NCBI RefSeq assembly: GCF_000281045.1
Contig: NW_008246135.1
Coordinates: forward strand, 186,520 to 224,433
Reading direction: 5' to 3'
From: Saprolegnia diclina VS20
Taxonomy: Eukaryota
DNA: 37,914 nt
Shown: positions 1-10,965 of the stretch, piece after piece
Numbering within the stretch: the first letter of the stretch is position 1
How the letters are laid out: each line of letters opens with the position of its first letter
Program-made: the position numbers and the translations under genes
The notes under the pieces: generated by a model
Seen by the model: only the letters and a program-made list of their open reading frames with translations
Databases searched by the model: none
What the model was told of the DNA's origin: nothing

Positions 1-798
1 GCGGCGACGACGGCGCAAGCGTTTAGCCATTTCACGTGGCAGCACACGCTCGGCCAAGCGTTGGTCGTGGACCTTCAAGGCGTCGACGGTCTCTGGACCG
101 ACCCGCAGATCCATGCGCTCGACAAGACGCTCTTTGGTCGCGGCAACCTCGGCGAAGAAGGCATGACGCGCTTCTTTGCGACGCACGAGTGCAACGCCCT
201 CTGCACGGCGCTGGGGCTTCCGCCGTTTGATGGACCGGACCCAATGGCTGCACCCCTACCTCTTGCACCATCGGAGGATGAGATGCGCTGCAGCTGTTGG
301 CTCTGCGGGGCAACGTACACTCGGACGCACGCTGCCGTTGTAGCCGAGCTCAAGGCGAATGACGGGTGCGACGTGCACTGCGATGCGTGCACCGCGCTTA
401 TTACTGCGACAACATCGACCGTGGCCTGCAGCACGTGCAACCGACCCGTGACGTTTGCCGCATACCGCTGCGAGATGGAAGGCGAGGCACCACCAACGCT
501 GTGCATGGGGTGTACGCCACCGACGCTGCCGACGACGTGGATCAAGCGAATCCATGCGGCAGTAGAAACGGCGGCGCAGGCGGACGGGTGGGCGACGCTG
601 GCGGCCGTCGAGCACCACTTGGTCACGGCGCACCCTGGTTTCCGCTCCACTGAGTATGGGTTTGCGGCTCTGGTCGACGTGTTGCGGGCCGCTACCATCG
701 ACGACGGTGCGCGAGGGGTCTCTCTTTCGGAGTCCCTTGGTGCGTCTGGCCGCGTAGCTCTTAGTTACTCGTACATAATCCACATGCCTTGCGATTGA
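1..798 (+). CDS. Alpha-kinase (eEF2K/MHCK-type) C-terminal part + two CxxC...CxxC zinc ribbons + LOTUS/OST-HTH domain; 5'-truncated by the window edge
   Basis: Frame 1 is open from base 1 and reads AQAFSHFTWQHT..LVVDLQGV..WTDPQIH..FGRGNLGEEGMTRFFATHECNALC, matching alpha-kinase C-lobe motifs. It continues with CWLC..CDAC and CSTC..CMGC, then ADGWATLAAVEHHL..PGFRSTEYGFAALVDVL, which fits the OST-HTH consensus. Confidence 0.85.
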   Translation, partial: AATTAQAFSHFTWQHTLGQALVVDLQGVDGLWTDPQIHALDKTLFGRGNLGEEGMTRFFATHECNALCTALGLPPFDGPDPMAAPLPLAPSEDEMRCSCWLCGATYTRTHAAVVAELKANDGCDVHCDACTALITATTSTVACSTCNRPVTFAAYRCEMEGEAPPTLCMGCTPPTLPTTWIKRIHAAVETAAQADGWATLAAVEHHLVTAHPGFRSTEYGFAALVDVLRAATIDDGARGVSLSESLGASGRVALSYSYIIHMPCD

Positions 799-1738
799 CT
801 CAGCCATGGTGTCGCCAGTGAGGAATCCAACCTTGTTCAGAAGCGCTGGAAATGCACCGACGCGGTCTTGTTGGGCCAGACAACAGCACGCTCAAGGAGA
901 AGCTGCGCTTGAGCTTAAGCTTAGTCCGTCCGCCTACCTAGTGCTAACCGAGGTGGAACTGCGCTTGGCTTAACCCAGGCGAAAACACAACACGAGCTTA
1001 GCAGCGCATAGGCGAGCAAGGCAGGTGGAAAGGGGGCGTCAAATGACCAAGTGAGCGCAAAGCTCCGCCACCCAAAAACACCTCCTGAAAGAATATAGTG
1101 CATGCACGTACCGATTCTTGGAGACCATCGTTGAAGATACCTGAGGCGTCTCATAGCTGTCACTTGCGACTGTGCGTTGCACAAGACGGGTGGTGAACAA
1201 TGTACTGGCCGCGACAACATTGCGACCAACGGCATAACTTCCGTAGTGCCAAAGGAATCGTGATTCTTATCCCTCTCCGATCTGAGTTGCACCGACGACG
1301 CCAACCACGCACGCGAGCGTTTCACCTCTTGGCCAATCCGAAATTGCCACGTCATGGCCTTCGTCTCGGCTTTTCATTCGTCAAAACCAAATGGTTGAAA
1401 CCCATGCGCTCATTTTAGTACATTCCCCATCATATTCTAGTATGGCAGCACACCCCGTTGTATCTTTACGCTGCAAGAGTCGACTCACAGGTCGACTTCT
1501 TGGTCAACACGTTGCGACATCGGAGATTTGCCCCTGTCTGCTCCGACAACTTCGAGGGGACTTGGAGTCGTCAACACCGTTGGTCGATATCTACTACTAG
1601 CAAAAATGGTCGCTTGAGAGAGCCTGGTGATGGCGAGAGGCGATGATGCTTGACACGAGTGGATCCACATTCGCATTGTATTTTTGTTGAGTTGCCTGGC
1701 GGCCGTTATATTGGTCGCCGTTGTCGGTTTACTTCGGA

Positions 1739-3630
1739 ATGATCCATCTCCTGCCCACAGCCTTCATCTTCGGGCGCTCTCGGTCTTCGGGCCGGAGCGT
1801 CGTGCACCACCGCGTCTGCTGGAGTGCCAGCCCGATGCTCGTCAGTCTCTTCATGCTGCTCAACCTCGTGGCGATGGTACTCTCCTCTTCCCATGTACTT
1901 CGATATGACGTCTTTTGACGGCGTAGCCCATGAAGGCGTACATCTCGGAAGCCTTTCCATGGACGTCCTTGGCACCCATGCCATCGTTTGCGTCGTTCAG
2001 CAGCTTTAACGCGACAACACTCGTCGACTTGCAAGCGCGATACAACTCGGCGACGCTTCCTAAGGGCGCTGCCAACTTTGCCGACGGCAACAATGGCGCC
2101 CAAGTGCTACGCCAGCTCCTTCCACGCGGTCCATCCATTCCCCAAGCCCGCTGCACCTCGGATTTTCTTGTGGGCAAGCCTGGTAGTATTTACTATGGCA
2201 GCTACACCCGGGACTTGCTCTGTGCGTTTGCTGCCGCGAACGATACGACAGTGCACTCGGACCCCTGGGATCGTCGCGGGTCGTGCATGACCACGTCGGC
2301 GCCCGGGCTTGTCCTCGGCTACCATTGCATCTGGCTCACGGCCGGCGATGCCCTCCATTTGTCGAGTCCGCCTCCTGGTGTTTACACGCTGACCTTTGCC
2401 ATGGCAATTGCTCCGTACCCTCACTGGTACTGGACCAAGTTTGTCTACCGCGTGGGCACCACAGTCGGCATTGGGCTGCTGCTCTGGCGCCGCTACTACA
2501 AACACTGCGTAGCCCTCCAGCGTCAACTGGCGCGCCTCGGACACGCCCACGAGCTTCGCTCTGGCGAGTATTCGTATGTGATTTCGATCGGCGACCCGAC
2601 CGCGGTGGTGCTGACCAACCCGTGGGTTGCGCTCGCCTTCTTCGTCGACGTCTGGGCGAGCTTTGACACGCTCTCGTTTGCCGTCCTCCGTGGCTCGCAG
2701 AACGAAGATGCCATCGAGCTTCTCGTCGCCTTCCTGTACCTCTCCCGAGCGGTAGTAACGTCGTGGTTGAGAACTTGAGTGAATCTGACGCCATTCGTAG
2801 GTCTGGCTCGCGTACTTTGGCCTCTCCGTCATGTCGGCGGGCCTCAAGCACTGGAGGAAAGAGCACGTCTTTGGCGAGGTGGACCCGACGCTGGTCGCGA
2901 TTGCCGTCACGATCTATGGCCCACTGCTCACGTACTTCATGGGCAACTCGGCCTGGCTACTGCAAGTCTACTGGTACCTCGAAGAGTGCATGGTGCCCAC
3001 GTCGGCGCACGGCCACGAGCTCGTCGTTCTGCTTCCTTGCCTCATTTACACGCTAAGTCTTACCATGGCGCCGCTACTCTTTGGCCTCGTCAAAGCCATA
3101 GCAGGTACTTGGCTCGAAAAATTCTCGTCTTCCTTTGGTTGGCATTGACGAGCTGCCTAGTGCGTTGGCATGACGCCACGGAAAGCGACGAACGATACAG
3201 CAGCCTCCGCTTCACGACAGCCAAGACGCGGGCCATCGTTGCTATCTTTCGCCTCTGCCAGCCGCAAGTGGCGGTCTCAGTCCTCAAGCTCGGTGGGACC
3301 ATCTATGCTCTCTTCGACGCAGCGCCGCGCTACAAGGCCAACCCGACCATTAGCTACGTTGGCACCGATTGCTTTGTGTATTGCTATCGCAACGGTGAGC
3401 TCGAGATGCGCCTGCGGCTCAGCCTCCTCGAGGCGCTCGACGTCCACGCGTCGGCTAAGAGCGAGCGAGCTGCTGTCGACACGCGCGAGGTCTCGCCCTT
3501 TACCATGCACGAGCTCGTGCTGCCCATGGGCATCCAGCGTCCTGGCGAAAGGAAGATCAAGGTGTCACCGACGCCAGCGCGGAGCGTCCGCCTCCGTCGA
3601 CCCCGCGAGCCGTCGGTGTGGTGTCTCTGA
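1739..3630 (+). CDS. Oomycete-type multi-pass transmembrane protein of unknown function, 4 exons
   Basis: GT-AG introns at 1877-1926, 2752-2800 and 3105-3160 join ORFs 1721, 1930, 2831 and 2779 in frame (LNLVAM|PMKAYISEAFPW; YLSRA|VWLAY). Several hydrophobic helices and an IGDPT..LTNPWV motif are present. Confidence 0.75.
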
Positions 3631-3746
3631 GCAAACGTCGAATAAAATATCGAAGCATGTGTTGTCCAATCCAAACGCTTGCTTTGGCATCACGATCGTT
3701 CTTTTCGACCAATCACAAACGCATTCGATCTTCGCTAGATCTCGGC

Positions 3747-6104
3747 ATGAAGGCCGTGAGCGCGTGGTCAGGCACCGCCGGCCTCGGCGCCGTCGCCGCC
3801 CTCGCCGCCGCCACCTTCGCCAACACCCTTTCCTGCGGCTTTGTATGGGACGACCGCGCCGCGATCTTGACGAACCGCGACTTGCGCACGGACGAGACGT
3901 CGGTGTGGGACCTCTGGAGCCACGACTTTTGGGGCATGGCACTCACGTCGCCGACGAGCCACAAGAGCTACCGACCACTCACAGTGCTCACGTTTCGAGT
4001 CAACTATGCCCTCGGTGGCTACAACCCGATGGGCTACCATCTGCTAAACGTCCTACTGCACATTGCGGCGTCGGTACTGGTCGTCGTGGTCGGCCGTCGG
4101 GTGGTGGCACCGTTCGGTGCGTCGAACACACCCGTCCTCGCCGGCCTTCTCTTCGCCGTCCATCCGATCCACTGCGACTCGGTTGCGAGCGTCGTTGGCC
4201 GCGCCGACGTCCTGTGCACCTGTCTCTCACTGCTGGCATTTTGCCTCTACGACGCCTCGGCCTCCGCCACGTGCACCAACTGGCCGCTCTACACCGCGAG
4301 CCTCGTCTGTGTCCTTGCAGGTACAACACATCATTCTCTTCTTGCAGTCGATGAATCCCATATGACTCTAGCCACCTTGTGCAAAGAACTCGGGGCCACG
4401 ACCCTGGGCATTCTCGTGGCGCTTGAGCTGCTGCGCACCGCGCCGCCGCCATCCAGGTCCAAGCGACTCGGTCTATCAGCTGGCGTCGTCCGCGTAGCGC
4501 TTCTTTTGGGTCTCGGCAGCGCCGCCATTGCCTCTCGCATCGCGCTCAACGGCGACCAGACCCTCTACGCATGGTCGATCTTTGAGAATGACGTGTCGCT
4601 GCTTCCATGGGGCCTTCCGCGTCTCCTGACCACGCTGCACACGCACGGCTGGTACCTCTACAAGCTCGTCTGGCCGCAGTATCTCTGCTACGACTATGGC
4701 TTTCGAACGATCCCGATCATCTCGTCGCTCTTCCAGATGGAAAATCTGGGAACGGTGCTCGCCTATGCGGCTCTCCTGGTGCTACTACGCGTAGCGTTCG
4801 ACCGCCGGCAGACGTCGCCGTTGCTTCTGCTCACGTCCTTTGGTCTCTTCCCGTTTATACCGGCCGCCAACCTCTTGTTTCCCGTCGGCACCATCGTCGC
4901 CGAGCGGCTCATGTATTTTCCCAGCGTCGGCTTTTGCTTTGTCTTGGGGTACGCACTGGACTCGGCGCTGCGTGTCTCAGTGCGCTGGCGGTATGTCCTG
5001 CTCGTCACCTTGGTGTTGGCGCTGGTGACGGTCGGACTCGCCCGGTCGATGGCCCGCAACACCGAGTGGTCGTCCGAGACACGCCTCTTTGAAGCTTCGG
5101 TCCTCACGGCGCCGTGGAGCGTCAAAGTCCTGAGCAACCTGTCCAAAGTACTCCTCGGACCGGACCCGCCACGGGCTGCCGCGTACCTGGAACGTGCGCT
5201 CTCGGTCGCGCCGCGCTACGCCGTGGGCCATCTGAACCTCGGCCTGGCCTACGCTGGCATGGGGAAGCCACTGCATGCGATGCAGAACCTTCTCGACTCG
5301 ATCGACGTCGACCCGAGCCTGGCGGTGTGTGATTGTGTCCACTCGATACGTTGATAGTGTATTGATACGCGATCGTAGGCGTATGGGTACCTGGGGCGGT
5401 ACGCATCGAGCTTTTACCTCACGTCGCAGCACGAGCAGTTTGCCATGAGCAACGCGACGCACGCGCGCAAGCTCGCGCACCACTTGCTCGACCACGCGAT
5501 CGCCCAAGGCGCGAGCATGCCGGGTCTCTTCTTCATGCGCGGTCTTCTCGCGTACTACACCAAGGACTTTGTAACCGCCGTTACGTACGCCAATCTTGGT
5601 CTTCTTAGAGCGTATGGAGATGAACGTAGGTACTTTGGCGCGACGGTGCAAGCCAACGACGTCGTGCGCGCCCGAGGCTACGACCTGGAAGAGCTCGTGA
5701 CGCCGTGCGCTGCGCAAAACATGCTCGCCTTGTCGCTGGACGAAAGCGGCGACGTTGATGGCGCCTTCAACTTGTACATGGAGTATGTCCAAGCGCAGTC
5801 GCAGTGCCTCGAGATCTACAACAACGCAGCGATGCGCCTGCGCGATCGCGGCCGGCTGGACGAAGCGGCGCAGCTGCTCACGACCGGCTTGCACCGCTTT
5901 CCCGACTCGGTCATTTTGTTGATGAATGCGGCGCAGGTCGCCGAGGACCGCGGCAACGACGTCGAAGCCTACTCGCTCTTCCTCAAGGGCTTCGCCATCG
6001 ACCCGACCAACGAATCGCTGCTCGCCAAGCACGCCAACCTTGTGCCAAAGCTTGCCAAGCCGCTGCAGTCGGGCACCGTGGCACCGCAGCCCATGGCTTC
6101 CTAG
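3747..6104 (+). CDS. TMTC: TMTC-family protein O-mannosyltransferase (GT-C membrane domain, DUF1736, C-terminal TPR repeats)
   Basis: Motifs FVWDDRAAI, DFWG..SHKSYRPL, LFAVHPIH..SVASVVGRAD, CKE, LCYDY, NLLFPVGTIVAERLMYFPSVGFC and RNTEW, followed by TPR-like repeats. Introns at 4321-4371, 5325-5378 and probably 5585-5629. Confidence 0.9.
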
Positions 6105-6511
6105 GACCACATAGAGGCTCGTAAACGCTTGTAGTACAGTGCACCTACATGCACCCGTGATGCTCCTGGAGCAAGCTGCATGGACGTTGTTGAGGCGAGC
6201 GCGATGGGCGGCGCGCGATGGGCGGCTGTGCCACATCGGTTGTTCACGAATCGAGTTGGATCTGCGCGATGGATACGTGGACCCCCTACCTCGACGATAT
6301 CAGATGGGTCCCATGCTGGGTGGGTCCTTGGTTTAGTTATTTCTAGATGGCATATATTTCGTAGGTTGAGTTTGAAAAGAACTTGATTGGGCAGGACCCG
6401 GGTACAGCATTTTGGGGTACCCATATTCAATGGTAACGGCGCTGCATCACAAGCCCATTCTCGGTCGCCACAATACTTCGTCCATCGTCGGTTCCCCGCT
6501 GCCTCCGCGCC

Positions 6512-7757
6512 ATGTCGACCTCTGCCCGTAGCCCGCTGCGCCTCCGCGCCGCCGATGATATGCACCACCACCTGCGCGACGGCGCGGCCCTCAAGCTCAC
6601 GGTCGAGCAGGCGTCAGCGCAGTTCCGCCGCGTCGTGGTCATGCCCAACCTCGTGCCGCCGGTCACGACCGCCGAGAAGGCCGTCGCGTACCGCGAGCGC
6701 ATCCTTGCGCACGTGCCCGCGGGCCGCGCCTTTGAGCCGCTCATGACGTTGTACATGACGGATGGCACGACGCCCGAGACGATCCGCGCGGCCAAGGCCT
6801 CTGGTGTTGTCCACGCCGTCAAGTACTACCCTGGTACGCAAACCCTTAATCTCCCATCGTTCAACATGCATGCGGCGTAGCTGGCGCGACGACCAACTCG
6901 GACTCGGGCGTCACCAAGATCGACAACATCTACCCCGTGCTCGAGACCATGGCGGAGCTTGGCATGCCGCTGCTCGTCCACGGTGAGGTGACGGACCAGA
7001 CCGTTGACATCTTTGACCGCGAGGCCGCGTTCATCGAGTCGGTGTTGAAGCCGCTCATTGCGCGCTTCCCGCGCCTCAAGCTTGTCATGGAGCACATTAC
7101 GACCGCCGACGCCGTCAAGTTTGTGTCGGAAGCGCCTGCGAACGTCGGCGCGACCATCACGTGCCATCACTTGCTGTACAACCGCAACGGTACACTATCG
7201 TCATCTTGGTTGCGTCAAAGTCACCGAGTTGTAAATGTAGCCATCTTCCAGGGCGGTCTTCGCCCGCACAAGTACTGCCTCCCGGTGCTGAAGCGCGAGA
7301 CGCACCGCCTTGCGCTGCTCGGGGCCATCCAGAGCGGCAGCCCCAAGTTCTTCCTCGGCACGGACAGCGCGCCGCACATCGTCGAGAAGAAGCACTCGGG
7401 CTGCGGTAGGCGACTTGGCGAAATGTGTACAACACCAACCACCGTCCATGTAGGCTGCGCCGGCATCCATACCGCCCACGCGGCGCTCGAACTCTACGCC
7501 GAAGCGTTTGATGCCGCCGGGTGCCTCCCGCATTTCGAGGTAATACATTCGACCCAACGATCCATATGGAAACGATTGGATATGGATAGAAATTTTGCTC
7601 GGAGAACGGCGCGCGCTTTTACGGCCTGCCGCTCAACGACGGCAGCGTGACGCTGGCGCATACGACGTGGACGGTCCCGGAATCCTACGCCTTTGACACG
7701 AGCGCCGTCGTGCCGCTCCGTGCTGGCGAGACGATTGCGTGGAAGAAGACCGACTAA
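6512..7757 (+). CDS. pyrC: Dihydroorotase, monofunctional type II (E. coli PyrC/plant-like), 5 exons
   Basis: Motifs [62 protein letters not shown] and [10 protein letters not shown]. Introns at 6834-6880, 7190-7240, 7406-7453 and 7540-7589; stop TAA at 7755-7757. Confidence 0.95.
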
Positions 7758-8219
7758 GTCCAAGCCGCATGCATCCATACATCCCACGTATTTTCGTTGC
7801 ACGCTTCTACGTTGCTAGCGTCCTTGCATGGGCATGTGTATATGGAGGGAATTCGAGGTCTCAAGTAGTCGGAGGATGGCCAAGAGTCAATATAAACAGT
7901 GGAATGACCCTTGCGTGGGCGACTTTGGTTGTACAGCGCGAGTACCTGAAGCTCGTCCCGACGCCTCATCGTTGCGCAGTGTGGCCGTAGCAGGTTGGCG
8001 CAGTGGCAAGCGACGACCCTCTCTAGTTAGTAGACGTCTCGCTCTAGTCGGACGTCGGACGCCGTGCGTTCTGCGCCCGTGGGCTGCCACGTACTCTGTT
8101 GTCGGAGAAAAATCGCGTAAAAATAGCCAATGGCGTTGGAGCGGTTAAGGAACGTGCGATTAGCCAGCATGTTGCTTGCGTCCAGTTTTGCATTTGCCAA
8201 AGATACAAGCAGCAGCAGC

Positions 8220-8828
8220 ATGGGCTCGGTCATCTCGCGGCCGGTCGTGACGTCGGTGGGCGTCCTGTACCCGGCGTACGCAAGCTTCAAGGCGCTCGAG
8301 ACGCCGTCGACGGACGATGACAAGCAGTGGCTCACGTACTGGGTCGTCTTCTCCATCACGTCGTCGGCCGAAGAGGTCGCGGAGCGCGTAGTCTCGTACC
8401 TGCCGGGCTACTATGTCCTCAAGTGCATCTTCCTCGTGTGGCTCATGCTGCCCAAGACGCGCGGTGCGATCGTCGTCTATGACAGATACCTCCAGCCGCT
8501 CCTCAAGCAGTACGAGCCACTGCTCGATGCCAAGCTTGCGGCGTTGAAGACCTACGTGGACAACTGGATCGCCGATATGAAGGCCAACGGCGCTTCCTAC
8601 ATCAAACAAGGCCTGACGATCAGCATCGAGAAGGCCATGGAGGTCCAGGAGGCGGCTGCAAACAGCCCGCTTAAGGCCAAAGTCGCCGACAAGATGGCCG
8701 AGATGAAGACGAAAGGCTTGCAGATGACGTCGGACGGCGTCGCCAAGATCAAGGCGCAGGTCTCGCGCCGCAAGCTGTCGTCCGCGATCGACGCCGACGT
8801 GGACGCCGAGCCCGAAGCCATCGAGTAG
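8220..8828 (+). CDS. HVA22/REEP/DP1/Yop1 family ER-shaping protein
   Basis: VGVLYPAYASFKALE...DDKQWLTYWVVF...PGYYVLKCIFLVWLMLPKTRGA.VVY is the TB2/DP1/HVA22 signature. ATG at 8220, no introns. Confidence 0.92.
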   Translation: MGSVISRPVVTSVGVLYPAYASFKALETPSTDDDKQWLTYWVVFSITSSAEEVAERVVSYLPGYYVLKCIFLVWLMLPKTRGAIVVYDRYLQPLLKQYEPLLDAKLAALKTYVDNWIADMKANGASYIKQGLTISIEKAMEVQEAAANSPLKAKVADKMAEMKTKGLQMTSDGVAKIKAQVSRRKLSSAIDADVDAEPEAIE

Positions 8829-8897
8829 ACGTAACCGAAGACGATTATCTATACCACATGCATGTTGTTGCACCATTTTTGCTGTCGCAAAACGCGC

Positions 8898-10157
8898 TTA
8901 GGTCGAGATGTACGAGTACTTGTAGTCTTCCTTCGAGTTGGACTTGTCAATGTACGAGTGGGGCTTGAAGTGCTCGGCCTGGATAAGCTCCGCAAGCATC
9001 GGGGCCACGGACAGGCGCTTGACCTTGTCCGAGTGGAAGCGCTTCGGGTCCATCGGGATCGTGTCCATGACGACGACCTCGGTGACCGCCGACTTTTCAA
9101 TGTCTTCTTCCGCGTTGCCCGTCATGAGCGGGTGCGACGCGAGGCAGAACGACCGCCGGGCGCCCTGCTCCTTGACGATCGCTGCGAGCTTGCACAGCGT
9201 GCCACTCGTGTCGACCATGTCGTCGACGACGATGACCTCGGCGCCCTTGACGTCGCCCACAAGCTGGATCTCTTCGGGCTTGTCGCCGTCGACGCCGCCG
9301 CGAATGCAGCTCGCAAACGTGATCGGAATGTCCGGAAGCCACTTCTTGAGGCCGCGCTGGAAGACGCGCGCCTTCTTGACGCACTCGGGGTTGGGCGCCA
9401 AGACAACGATCGGGCCCTTGAAGAACACCTGCGTCGCAAAGTACTCGACGCCGGCCATGACCGTATCCAGCGTCTCAACCGGAATGTGCGTGTTGAAGAA
9501 GCTGGCTTCGTGGCCCTGGCCGCGCAGCTGGAGGTCGACGGCGATGACGCGGTCGACGCCCATGACTTCGAGCATCTTGGCAATGTCCTGGGCCGGGCTG
9601 TGCACAAACTTGGAGTTCAAGCTCGTTGCGCTCGGGCTACCGCGGCGATGGTGCTTGTAGGCGTAGTACGGAATGACGGCAGTCACCTTCTTGGCGCTCG
9701 CGCGACGCATCGTGCTCACCATGAGCAAGAGCTCAATCACATTGTCATTGACAGGCTGCGCGAGCGACTGCACCAAGTACACGTCCTTGCCGCGCACCGA
9801 CTCTTCAATCTGGCACTGCACTTCGCCGTCGGCAAAGCGGCCGAGCTTTAGGCGCGCGACGCGCGTGCCAAGGCGGCGCGCAATGTCGTCCGCGAGCTCA
9901 AAGTTGGACGAGCCGGAGAAGATCTTGAGCTCGTGGCAGCCCGGGATGAACATGCCTGCGTGCGTGCACGGGTGCTTGTCGGACGGGAAGAAGGGCGAGA
10001 ACGGGTCCACGCGCTTGCGGTGGTGGGGCACACCAAACTCGAGGTCGCGGAGGTCTGACGACTGCGCCGCCACCGGGCGCTTCCAGGCGCCGAGCGCGTA
10101 GCCGGCGCTAACTGCGACGCAGCCAGCGGCCGAGGCGAACCGATCGAGACGCCACAT
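8898..10157 (-). CDS. Ribose-phosphate pyrophosphokinase (PRPP synthetase)-like protein with divergent active-site motifs and an N-terminal extension
   Basis: Motifs KIFSGSSN, RFADGE, ESVRGKDVYLVQS, NDNVIELLL, ASAKKVTAVIPY, LVGDVKG..VVDDMVDTSGTL and SVAPMLAELI. Intronless 419-aa ORF. Confidence 0.9.
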   Translation of the reverse strand: MWRLDRFASAAGCVAVSAGYALGAWKRPVAAQSSDLRDLEFGVPHHRKRVDPFSPFFPSDKHPCTHAGMFIPGCHELKIFSGSSNFELADDIARRLGTRVARLKLGRFADGEVQCQIEESVRGKDVYLVQSLAQPVNDNVIELLLMVSTMRRASAKKVTAVIPYYAYKHHRRGSPSATSLNSKFVHSPAQDIAKMLEVMGVDRVIAVDLQLRGQGHEASFFNTHIPVETLDTVMAGVEYFATQVFFKGPIVVLAPNPECVKKARVFQRGLKKWLPDIPITFASCIRGGVDGDKPEEIQLVGDVKGAEVIVVDDMVDTSGTLCKLAAIVKEQGARRSFCLASHPLMTGNAEEDIEKSAVTEVVVMDTIPMDPKRFHSDKVKRLSVAPMLAELIQAEHFKPHSYIDKSNSKEDYKYSYIST

Positions 10158-10965
10158 CTTCGTGCAAATGGATTACCCAAACTGAAGCCGCCAGTACGGG
10201 ATCCAGAATCGTATCCTGTCGGGGATTGGCCAAAATGATTCCGTCATGAGCCAATCAGAAGCCAAGGCATCCTCACCACAGAACTAGCGTCGCATCCCAC
10301 TCTTCGTCGACGAATACAATATCGGAATTCAATTTTGTATACAAAACGTGGGACAAAGAGGGGGAAAATGATAATAATTTGGAAGAGGATTAGAATAAAA
10401 TACAGCTCGAAACCATCGACGCCCACCGATTGGCGGCTACGACGCGGCATGCGTGCCGAATTTAAGACCCACGCGATCCGACACGCTGAAGAGAAAGGCT
10501 GCAGCGCCTTGAAGATAACGACAACTATACTTATTTAGTTACCGAGAGATTTTGGTACCCGAAGAGACGACAACTCGGAGAGCTAATGCACCCAATCGAA
10601 TCGGGTGGTGTTCACCAGTGTCAGCTACCAGAAGTTAGCTACCAGTGGCTTGTTCGAACGTGCACGAGATAAGATACTGCTACTCCACTGGCACTCGCGA
10701 CCCTTCAAGCGCAGATTAGCTTCTTCAACCCCCCAAAGAAGGGCCACCACCGAATGTGCCTGGCACCTGATGCGAAGGAGGAACGTCATCGCGACCTGCG
10801 CGTGGTGCGCGCGTGCATTGACGACCGAGCAATACAGTCGAGGTCGAGCGGTGTCGAGTTGGATCTGTCTCATGGCCCTGCCACGTCCTAGTTTTGTGCA
10901 AGTGGCACATGCCGATCCTACTCGGTGATGGGCAAAGTCCGAATTCAAAAATCAGCCCTAAAAAA

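Noticed and set aside
800..1700. Short ORFs between the alpha-kinase and the TM gene
   Set aside because: No recognisable domain or consistent codon bias; treated as intergenic.
1739..3630. Apparent frameshifts suggesting pseudogenes (also in TRAP1, the DnaJ gene and the PPR gene)
   Set aside because: All breaks are explained by canonical short GT-AG introns that restore the frame.
6512..7757. Bacterial-type PyrC as evidence of recent horizontal transfer or contamination
   Set aside because: The gene carries four host-type introns, and monofunctional type II dihydroorotases are normal in several eukaryotic lineages.
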